A stretch of 64,000 bases of DNA, from positions 52,459 to 116,458 of the forward strand of contig CAZRBB010000002.1 in NCBI GenBank assembly GCA_964598205.1, read 5' to 3'. Each line of letters starts with the position of its first letter. The first letter of the stretch is position 1. Under the pieces are notes generated by a model. It saw only the letters and a program-made list of their open reading frames with translations, was not told the DNA's origin and did no database searches. The translations under genes were made by a program, and so were the position numbers. Positions 48,946-56,298 of this stretch are shown in pieces. Source of the stretch: an uncultured Candidatus Saccharibacteria bacterium. GTDB taxonomy: Bacteria > Patescibacteriota > Minisyncoccia > CAIUEV01 > JAHKAQ01.

Positions 48946-49916
48946 ATGTTCATGAGATATTTTATGGGGTTATGATAAAATATATCCTTAATTAAATCAA
49001 TCTTTTTTATTTCTTTAATCGCTTTATTCAGGATCATTAAATCAAACTTTCTACCCATTCCATGCCTTTCTCCGTTTGACCAAATTTGAGCATCAAAGGG
49101 CGAGTCTCCCCCGTATAAAATTTTATTCGGAAATAGTTTAATAATGTCCGTGAGTTTTTTTGTGCAAAGCTCAACTCCGCTTTGACCATAGACAGAATCA
49201 ATTACCACGCTCCAGGGAGAAATGTCTAAATATACATTTTTTATTTCTTTTATTTTCTTTATTTTTTTATCCAGAAATCCGGCATGCGCAATGCTGATTG
49301 TTAAATCATATTTAACAACTTCACTTATAAAATTAGAGAGGATATCGCTAAAATCGCCGGGAGTATTACCTCTGCTACAGTGCAATAAAATAGGCAACTT
49401 AACTCTTGATAAAAATTCAAAAAAACCAGTGTTTTTTAGATCTCTGATGTTGATTTTTCTGGCAGATGGATGAAGCTTAATGCCCATAACGGGAAAAACG
49501 CTTTTTTGGATATTTTTTTCAAGTTCACAAAAATCAGTTCCTATATCTACGCTTATAAAAGGAAGTGGAATTTGATTTTTATTTTTCTTGTACCACTTAG
49601 AACAAGCATCTAACAGCTCCTTGTTAATTTTATTATAAACATCCTTTTTATAGACAGAATTAGCTTTTATTTTATTGGTATTATTTTTTGAAAAATAATA
49701 CCGGGGCATCGTTGTTACAACGGTTGCTATGTATTCGTGATTAATTATCCAGTCCTGATTGTTGAGATTTTTAAAGAGTTCGCCTATCTTTTGATTGTAG
49801 GTATGTTCAAAATCATTTTCAAAAATTAATGTTTCCGTCCCTATGTGCTCATGGGTGCTTATAACGCATTGATTATTTTTTAAGATGCCCAAAATTTTAT
49901 CCCTTGTTAACTTCAT
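48942..49916 (-). CDS. amidohydrolase-2-like metal-dependent TIM-barrel hydrolase
   Basis: Putative metal ligands STHEH, IKLHPS, LLHCSRG, IAHAG and GGDSPF (Asp) in amidohydrolase_2 order. 4-nt overlap with the GNAT gene. Confidence 0.5.
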   Translation of the reverse strand: MKLTRDKILGILKNNQCVISTHEHIGTETLIFENDFEHTYNQKIGELFKNLNNQDWIINHEYIATVVTTMPRYYFSKNNTNKIKANSVYKKDVYNKINKELLDACSKWYKKNKNQIPLPFISVDIGTDFCELEKNIQKSVFPVMGIKLHPSARKINIRDLKNTGFFEFLSRVKLPILLHCSRGNTPGDFSDILSNFISEVVKYDLTISIAHAGFLDKKIKKIKEIKNVYLDISPWSVVIDSVYGQSGVELCTKKLTDIIKLFPNKILYGGDSPFDAQIWSNGERHGMGRKFDLMILNKAIKEIKKIDLIKDIFYHNPIKYLMNI

Positions 49917-49929
49917 ATAAAATCGTATT

Positions 49930-50763
49930 TTATTTAAATCCTTTGATCATTTTTTCTGTTATTTTTATTTTCTTGTCAACAAAAATACTTATATTTTTGA
50001 TATTAATTTTTTCATTAATGATGCTGTTATATAAATCATAAAAAAATGAAAAATGATTTTTTATTAACTTTTCTCTATTTAATGGTTTAATTTTTTTAAA
50101 TTTAGTTGTGAAATCATAATATAATGGATAAAGAGAATTTCTGAACTGAATAAGTCCATAATAAAGAAGCGCTGTTTTAGTATCTTTAAAGTAATCTTCG
50201 GGGACTATATTGCTCTGCTGAAAGGGCTGGCTTGGATCGGGCAAGCTCCATTCATGCATTTCTTCGCCAACGCTTGTTCCCGGTAACACAACAAGTTTCC
50301 TTGTAAAAACAAAAACATCGTAATAGTCAATTTCCTTAATAATATCAATGTTTGCCTTAACATCTTCAATCGTCAGCTCCGGATCAAAGGTTATTATTCC
50401 CGGGTTGATTTTTATTCCATAATTATCCAAAGCTCGAGCTACTTCTTTTATCTGTTTTAATGTTATTCCTTTTTTGTATCTTTTAAGAACTTTATCGGAG
50501 CCAGATTCTATGCCTATAAATAAATACTTTAATCCCGAATCAGCCATTATTTTTAATAGATTCTTTTTAATCAAATAGATGACAGAGGTAATTCTACTGT
50601 TAATATAATAATCGATTTTAATATTTTCTTTTAACAGCAGTTTGGCAAAATCTACAGCCCTCTTGGTTCCCTCCTCAAATGGGCCGAAAAAATCCTCATC
50701 TACGAAAGTAATTTTATCGATAGAGTACTTTTTTTGTAATTTTTTTATTTCTTTAACGATCAA
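49930..50763 (-). CDS. radical-SAM-like partial TIM barrel protein lacking a canonical CxxxCxxC motif
   Basis: IGIESGSDKVLKRYKKG resembles the radical SAM GIESG...KG core motif, but no Fe-S Cys triad is present in this ORF. Confidence 0.35.
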   Translation of the reverse strand: MIVKEIKKLQKKYSIDKITFVDEDFFGPFEEGTKRAVDFAKLLLKENIKIDYYINSRITSVIYLIKKNLLKIMADSGLKYLFIGIESGSDKVLKRYKKGITLKQIKEVARALDNYGIKINPGIITFDPELTIEDVKANIDIIKEIDYYDVFVFTRKLVVLPGTSVGEEMHEWSLPDPSQPFQQSNIVPEDYFKDTKTALLYYGLIQFRNSLYPLYYDFTTKFKKIKPLNREKLIKNHFSFFYDLYNSIINEKINIKNISIFVDKKIKITEKMIKGFK

Positions 50764-51437
50764 TTTTGGAGACTTACCTCTGAATTTAGGGTGATTGGAA
50801 ATTTTTTGGTAAGGCGGTAAATAACAATTGGAAATTCTTTGGTTTTAATTATTTCTTTCAGATATTCTTCGGTTTTTCTTGGATTCGTGCTGATTCCATT
50901 AGCAATGTTTTCCATTAGCAAGACAGTTTCTGCTAATATTTTTATGTAATCTTCAATTATCGGCAGTAATTTTTCTATTTTTCCTTTTATTTCCATTTCG
51001 CAATGGTAAAATTGATTTAAATGACGCTTATCTGCGTTTTCTCCTCGCATTGAAGGTAGGTAGCAATAGACTTTGTCAAAACCGTTCAGAAGCAATGGCT
51101 CAAATCCAAATTGTGAAGAGTCAACTAAAAATGTTTTAAATTTACCAAATTTTATAGAAACGGGTTTTGAATCAGATCCCGGACCCATAGGAGAAGAAAC
51201 GCTTGGAGTAAGCATGAATAAGTCAATATTCTTTGCTTTTTGTGTTGCGCTAAAATAATAGTCAGAACTGATCTTAATATAGTGTCTCATCACAATCAAT
51301 GCGTAATAATAGCCACTATTGCATAAATGTTTATAGTGATTGTTTGGACAATAGGTGGGTAATTTACAAGATTTGGTGTTTTTTTTAAAGTTTATATCGT
51401 CTTTGATAATCGCTTGTTTTATTTTTTTCGGTAACAT
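50760..51437 (-). CDS. hypothetical protein with irregular Cys motif
   Basis: 225 aa with CKLPTYCPNNHYKHLC (C-x5-C-x8-C). Overlaps the downstream ORF by 4 nt. No recognisable family. Confidence 0.35.
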   Translation of the reverse strand: MLPKKIKQAIIKDDINFKKNTKSCKLPTYCPNNHYKHLCNSGYYYALIVMRHYIKISSDYYFSATQKAKNIDLFMLTPSVSSPMGPGSDSKPVSIKFGKFKTFLVDSSQFGFEPLLLNGFDKVYCYLPSMRGENADKRHLNQFYHCEMEIKGKIEKLLPIIEDYIKILAETVLLMENIANGISTNPRKTEEYLKEIIKTKEFPIVIYRLTKKFPITLNSEVSLQN

Positions 51438-51577
51438 AATTTCAAATTATTTTGGATTTAGCAGTGTAATATAATTCTGAAACAAAGTCGACAATTTGTA
51501 CAGTTAATACCTTGTAGCGACGTTTGAAAAGTGTTATTGAATATTACATTCAATAAAAACTATCTGTAATGGCCAAT

Positions 51578-51610
51578 TAAAAACAAGACGGGAAAATCCC
51601 GTCTTGTTTT
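51578..51610 (-). terminator. Rho-independent terminator downstream of rplL
   Basis: AAAAACAAGACGGG-AAAATC-CCGTCTTGTTTTT is an 11-bp stem with flanking A/T runs, so it could act bidirectionally. Confidence 0.7.
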
Positions 51611-51685
51611 TGGTAATACTTGGACAATCAAGCCCACTTTGACGGAATCATAATATTAAGTCCGCCAAAATCAAGCTTAATGCGA

Positions 51686-52135
51686 TTATTTTAATTCTAC
51701 AGAAGCTCCTGCTTCTTCTAGTTTTTTCTTCATTTCTTCGGCTTCGGCTTTAGGAACATTTTCCTTGATTGCCTTAGGAGCCGCATCCACTAAATCTTTA
51801 GCTTCCTTTAATCCTAGACCAGTTAATTCCTTAACTGCCTTGATTACATTGATCTTGGAATCACCAGAAGTAATCAACATTACATTGTAAGAAGATTTCT
51901 CCGCTTCAGCGCCTTCTCCGCCGGCAACTGGAGCAGCCGCCATCATTGCCATTGGGGCAGAGGCGGAAACACCAAACTTTTCTTCTAGCACCTTAACCAA
52001 TTCGGCTAGGTCTAGAACACTCATTTTCTCTATTTCCGAAACAAGTTTTTGAAACTTTTCGGGAACTTCTACTTCTTTTTTAGCTTCTTCCTTGGCTTCT
52101 GGAGAGGCCACGGTTTCCTTTTTTTCTTCTGTCAT
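51686..52135 (-). CDS. rplL: 50S ribosomal protein L7/L12 with KE-rich N-terminal extension
   Basis: C-terminal domain [55 protein letters not shown]. Dimerisation helix [21 protein letters not shown] is preceded by about 22 extra residues. Confidence 0.9.
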   Translation of the reverse strand: MTEEKKETVASPEAKEEAKKEVEVPEKFQKLVSEIEKMSVLDLAELVKVLEEKFGVSASAPMAMMAAAPVAGGEGAEAEKSSYNVMLITSGDSKINVIKAVKELTGLGLKEAKDLVDAAPKAIKENVPKAEAEEMKKKLEEAGASVELK

Positions 52136-52165
52136 CTTATTTTCTAAAAATTATTAATAAAAAAA

Positions 52166-52684
52166 TTAAGCTTTCTTTTCTTCAACGGCTTTTAATACTG
52201 TAACCAAGCTTCGCAAGGTACCACTAAGAACTCCAACAAAATTACTGATCGGCGCTCTAATAGAACCTACCGCCCGAGCAATTAATTCTTCCTTGCTAGG
52301 TAATTTGGCTAAGCTTTCCATTTCTAGGGCCGATAAATAATGGCCTTCTAGAATGCCACCGGTTATTTTTAGGTTTTCGTTCTTTTGGGAAAATTCATAA
52401 ACCGACTTGGCCGGCAAAACTTCTTCTTCTTGGGAACTAGCTAGCGCCAATGGTCCCTTGTGGGTTTTGACATCGGCTTCTATTTTTAGCTGATTGAGGG
52501 CAATCTGCACTAAGCTTTTTTTGTAAACACCGTAAGTTGTTTTTTCGGCGAAAAGCTTTTTTCTTAGACTGGCAACATCTTCGGCTAAAAGACCTTTGTA
52601 GTCGGCAAAAACAATTGATTTGGCGTTTTTAATAACTTCTAAAAGATTTTCTACTACCGCTTCTTTTTCTTTTCTTTTAAGCAT
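52166..52684 (-). CDS. rplJ: 50S ribosomal protein L10
   Basis: 172 aa, upstream of rplL. Conserved L10 N-terminal region AVVENLLEVIKNAKSIVFADYKGL. Confidence 0.85.
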   Translation of the reverse strand: MLKRKEKEAVVENLLEVIKNAKSIVFADYKGLLAEDVASLRKKLFAEKTTYGVYKKSLVQIALNQLKIEADVKTHKGPLALASSQEEEVLPAKSVYEFSQKNENLKITGGILEGHYLSALEMESLAKLPSKEELIARAVGSIRAPISNFVGVLSGTLRSLVTVLKAVEEKKA

Positions 52685-52780
52685 CTGTTTTAAATTAATA
52701 ATTTCTAATTCTGAATTTTGATTAAAATTAGAATTCTGAATTTTAAAATTTAATCGAAATTCAAAATTCTTAATTCTAAA

Positions 52781-52811
52781 TTAAAAAAAGATGCTCCCAA
52801 GCAAAAGCATC
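52781..52811 (-). terminator. hairpin plus U-run terminator between ruvX and the rplJ promoter region
   Basis: The minus strand reads GATGCTTTTGCTTGGGAGCATC followed by TTTTTTTAA. It lies upstream of the AT-rich repeat region 52690-52780 that precedes rplJ. Confidence 0.55.
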
Positions 52812-52952
52812 CTTACAAATTACTGACGCTCCTCGGTAAGACTTAGGGGAATGCTTACTGTCTTGGGATAGGCAAATTTTCTGTTCGTATCCTAGCGAAT
52901 TATTTTTTAGAAATCAAGAGCATGTAAAAGTAAACGCCAAATCCATTCGGAA

Positions 52953-53375
52953 TTAAGCAATTATATTGCTACTTAGAAAGTCATTTTTACACATCCAATC
53001 TTCTAGAATAATCCGCGCCGCTTCTTGGTGGCTTTTTTCTTGGGAAGCGTATCTTTCTACCAACTTGGTAGTCATTGTTTCGTCGGCCTCTTCTAGGATT
53101 ATACTAGGAACTTCTTTTTTTAGGAGGGAAAGAAAAACTCGATTTGCCGTTAGCTGACCTTCTCCGTGGACCGAAGAAAAGGGCATCCCTATTACAACCA
53201 CTTCTATTTTATTTTCTCTAATTACCTTGGCTATTTGCTTTATTTTTTCTTCTTGGGATCCGGTAACCGTTGAAAATCCCAAAGGCATTACTCGGCCCAA
53301 AGAAAGAGCAAGACCGCAGTTTTTACGGCCATAATCTATTCCTAGAAAATTAGCTGGGGTTTGGTGGTTGTTCAT
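52953..53375 (-). CDS. ruvX: Holliday junction resolvase-like protein RuvX/YqgF
   Basis: FLGIDYGRKNCGLALS N-terminus (catalytic Asp) and VVVIGMPFSSVHGEG. 140 aa. Overlaps map by 4 nt. Confidence 0.8.
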   Translation of the reverse strand: MNNHQTPANFLGIDYGRKNCGLALSLGRVMPLGFSTVTGSQEEKIKQIAKVIRENKIEVVVIGMPFSSVHGEGQLTANRVFLSLLKKEVPSIILEEADETMTTKLVERYASQEKSHQEAARIILEDWMCKNDFLSSNIIA

Positions 53376-54112
53376 GTTAGGACAATTCCTCCTTCTTTTC
53401 CTACTGCTAGAGTGTGTTCAAAATGAGCGCAAAGTTTTTTGTCTCGCATTATAAAAGTCCAGCCGTCTGGTCCCAGATCTACTTCTGGTGCTCCCATGGC
53501 GATCATTGGTTCAATGGCAATACACACTCCCTCTTGAAGCCTTTCACCGGTTCCTTTTTGGCCAAAATTAGGAACAGCAGGTTCTTCGTGGACCGCATGA
53601 CCAACACCATGACCAATCAGTTTCCTAATTACCGAATAACCAGCAATCTCCGCGTGTTCTTGAATAGCAGCTCCTAAATCCCCTAGCCTGCTACCGGCAT
53701 AGGCCATTTTTATTCCAATGGCTAAACATTCTTGGCAAGTAGTCATGAGTCTTTCCTGTTCCTTGGTAGACTCGCCACAAACAAAGGTAATAGCAGCGTC
53801 CGTGTAAAGCCCATCCAAGAGAACGCCTAGATCATAACTTACCAAATCCCCTTCTTGAATTATTTTTTTTCCAGGAACACCATGGACCAGTTCTTCGTTT
53901 AGCGAAAAGCAAAGATTGGCGGGAAAACCGTCATAGCCCAGAAAAGAAGGCTTGGCGCCTTTTTCTTTTAAGATCTTGCCGGCTAAAGAATTGAGTTCTT
54001 GGCAAGAAGTTCCGGCATGAGTCGCTTCTTTTAGAAGCAAGAGAGTTTCTTTTAAGATCTGACCACCGGCGCGCATGATTTTAATTTCCGAAGGGGTCTT
54101 AATTTTGGCCAT
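53372..54112 (-). CDS. map: type I methionine aminopeptidase
   Basis: Metal-ligand blocks are present in the GVPGKKIIQEGDLVSYDLGVLLDGLYTDAAITF and IGHGVGHAVHEEP regions. 246 aa. Confidence 0.9.
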   Translation of the reverse strand: MAKIKTPSEIKIMRAGGQILKETLLLLKEATHAGTSCQELNSLAGKILKEKGAKPSFLGYDGFPANLCFSLNEELVHGVPGKKIIQEGDLVSYDLGVLLDGLYTDAAITFVCGESTKEQERLMTTCQECLAIGIKMAYAGSRLGDLGAAIQEHAEIAGYSVIRKLIGHGVGHAVHEEPAVPNFGQKGTGERLQEGVCIAIEPMIAMGAPEVDLGPDGWTFIMRDKKLCAHFEHTLAVGKEGGIVLT

Positions 54113-54121
54113 ACCAAAAAA

Positions 54122-55390
54122 TTACATTCGTTCGTAACTCCGCATAATTAACTGACCTTCTATTTGCTTTAAGGTTTCTATTACCACTGAAACAACAATT
54201 AAAAGACTGGTTCCTCCTAAAGAAAGGTTCTGAATACCAGTAACCCATTGCATTACAAAAGGTAAAATAGCCACGGCACCCAAAAACAAAGCACCAAAAA
54301 GAGTGATCCGATTAACCACCGTACCTAAGTAGTCTTCGGTCTTTTTTCCAGGACGAATTCCCGGAACATAACCACCATTTTTTTGAAGATTTTCGGAAAT
54401 ATTTTTGGGATCAAAAGAAACCTTGGTGTAGAAAAAAGTAAACGCCACCACTAAAATAAAATAAATTATGGAATGAAAAATTTGATTTTTAAAAAATAAA
54501 TCTACATTGATGGCAATGTCTTTAACGCTCTCCAAGTTCATAGAAATTACTAAATTGGAAATCATGCTTGGAAAAAGCAAAACCGACATGGCAAAAATAA
54601 TAGGAATTACTCCGGCCTGATTAACTCGCAATGGAAGGTAGGTATTGCTTCCTCCCAGCACCCGACCACCACGCACTCTCCTAGCATAAGCAACGGGAAT
54701 ATTTCTTTGTCCTTCGGTTACAAAAATAATCATGGCCACAATAACAACGCTTAAAACTAAAAAACCGACATAGGTTAAAAGTTTTGATTCGTCCCAAGTA
54801 ACTAAGAATTGTTTAATATTGGCAGGAATTCCCGCCACAATACCGGCAAAGATAATTAAGGAAACTCCATTCCCAATCCCTTTTTCGGTAATCAACTCCC
54901 CAAGCCACATTAAGAGAAGGGTTCCGGCGGTAACAGTCAAGAGGACGAATAATGTTTGGTAAAAATTCATTTCCGGAATAATCTTTTGGCTCCGCAAAAG
55001 AGAAATCATGCCAAATCCCTGCATAAAAGAAAGAGGTAAAGTTAAAAGCCTTGTAATTTGATTGAATTTTTGCCGGCCAGCCTCCCCTTCTTCCCTGTAC
55101 CACTTTTCTATTTGGGGAACGACCATTGTTAGAAGTTGCATAATAATAGATGCCGTAATATACGGACCAACTCCTAGCATAATCAACGAAAAATTACTCA
55201 TACCACCACCAGAAAAAACATTCAGCATTCCAAAGAATTGATTTTGGGAAAAGAATTGGCGCATTCGCTCAACATCGATCCCTGGTACCGGCACTGCCGC
55301 CAGTAAACGAAAAGCAACGAGCATAAAGATTACCAATAAAATTTTATTTCGTAGCTCCTTTGACTTAAGAACCTGCCAAAACTTTTCCAT
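54122..55390 (-). CDS. secY: preprotein translocase subunit SecY
   Basis: 10 TM helices. Conserved segments GVGPYITASIIMQLL, LGELITEKGIGNGVSLIIFAGI and GGTSLLIVVSVVIETLKQIE. 422 aa. Confidence 0.9.
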   Translation of the reverse strand: MEKFWQVLKSKELRNKILLVIFMLVAFRLLAAVPVPGIDVERMRQFFSQNQFFGMLNVFSGGGMSNFSLIMLGVGPYITASIIMQLLTMVVPQIEKWYREEGEAGRQKFNQITRLLTLPLSFMQGFGMISLLRSQKIIPEMNFYQTLFVLLTVTAGTLLLMWLGELITEKGIGNGVSLIIFAGIVAGIPANIKQFLVTWDESKLLTYVGFLVLSVVIVAMIIFVTEGQRNIPVAYARRVRGGRVLGGSNTYLPLRVNQAGVIPIIFAMSVLLFPSMISNLVISMNLESVKDIAINVDLFFKNQIFHSIIYFILVVAFTFFYTKVSFDPKNISENLQKNGGYVPGIRPGKKTEDYLGTVVNRITLFGALFLGAVAILPFVMQWVTGIQNLSLGGTSLLIVVSVVIETLKQIEGQLIMRSYERM

Positions 55391-55472
55391 AAGAGAATTA
55401 GTTAAAAAATCAGCTGTTTCTTAGAATAGCCTTCAAATTAAATAAAATCAATCATTAAGGACGAATCGACTT

Positions 55473-55556
55473 GGATTTAAAATCTTACTAATAGCTTCTT
55501 CTGTCAGACAAGGCTCTGAGTCTGCCCGAAGAAGCTATTAGTAAGATTTTAAATCC
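55473..55556. repeat. palindromic element D: 29-bp perfect inverted repeat with a 26-nt loop carrying the CAGACAAGGCTCTGAGTCTG core
   Basis: GGATTTAAAATCTTACTAATAGCTTCTTC (55473-55501), then loop TGTCAGACAAGGCTCTGAGTCTGCCC, then GAAGAAGCTATTAGTAAGATTTTAAATCC (55528-55556). Located between the 3' end of the 55558..56163 gene and secY. Confidence 0.65.
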
Positions 55557-55557
55557 A

Positions 55558-56163
55558 TCATATTTGGTCTTCTTTCTTCTTAATGATTGCAATTAAGAGA
55601 GGCCAAATACCACCCGTAATCATTAGAATTCCGGAAAGGAGAATAATTCTTTCAAAATAAACACCGTTAATATTGGCAATGGATCCCGAAACTACGGTTA
55701 AAATGGCGGCAGTAAAATTCATAATCATTCCGTAAATTCCGTATTCCAGTCCTTCTTTTTCGTGGCTGGCATTTTTGGCAAAAAGCTTGCGACCAGCAAC
55801 CAAGTTTAAAGAGGAACCAAAACCGTAAACAAATTGCAAAAAATAAAATAGACCTGCTCCAGTAATGTAGGGAAAAAATAAAAAGGGAAGCCCCATTACA
55901 ACGCTTCCTAAAAAAAGAACTAACGCTTCGTCTACCTGGCCCTTTAATTTATCTAGTAAGATACCCGTCATTACTTGAAAAAGACCACTAGAAAAAAGAT
56001 AGATCCCCATTCCGGTTCCTACAATTTTTACTATATCGGCTTCTATTTTTAGGGCCAAATAAATTCCCATTAAGGGGAAAACAATATAATAGCCACCCCA
56101 AACAAAAACATCGGAAAGAGTAACCAAGGCAACCACTTTGTTAAATTTTGGTATCTTTTCCAT
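55558..56163 (-). CDS. membrane protein (MFS-like half-transporter?), unknown function
   Basis: 6 TM helices. 201 aa. Confidence 0.4.
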   Translation of the reverse strand: MEKIPKFNKVVALVTLSDVFVWGGYYIVFPLMGIYLALKIEADIVKIVGTGMGIYLFSSGLFQVMTGILLDKLKGQVDEALVLFLGSVVMGLPFLFFPYITGAGLFYFLQFVYGFGSSLNLVAGRKLFAKNASHEKEGLEYGIYGMIMNFTAAILTVVSGSIANINGVYFERIILLSGILMITGGIWPLLIAIIKKKEDQI

Positions 56164-56218
56164 TTTTGTTTTTAAAATTTTTACAATAATCCAAGTGCAG
56201 TTTCCAAAAAAAATTGTG

Positions 56219-56290
56219 TTGCCCGGGTAGGATTCGAACCCACGAATAACGGCTTCAAAGGCCGCTGCCTTACCACTTGGCGACCGGGCA
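56219..56290 (-). tRNA. tRNA-Gln (anticodon TTG)
   Basis: Reverse complement reads TGCCCGGTCGCCAAGTGGTAAGGCAGCGGCCTTTGAAGCCGTTATTCGTGGGTTCGAATCCTACCCGGGCA. Anticodon loop CTTTGAA. Short D-arm typical of tRNA-Gln. Confidence 0.8.
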
Positions 56291-56298
56291 ATAAAAAA

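Noticed and set aside
52812-52950. An rplJ (L10) leader autoregulatory RNA
   Set aside because: The segment lies upstream of a terminator-like hairpin and the AT-rich promoter repeats, so it is more likely the 3' UTR of ruvX. I could not recognise the L10-leader kink-turn mimic by eye.
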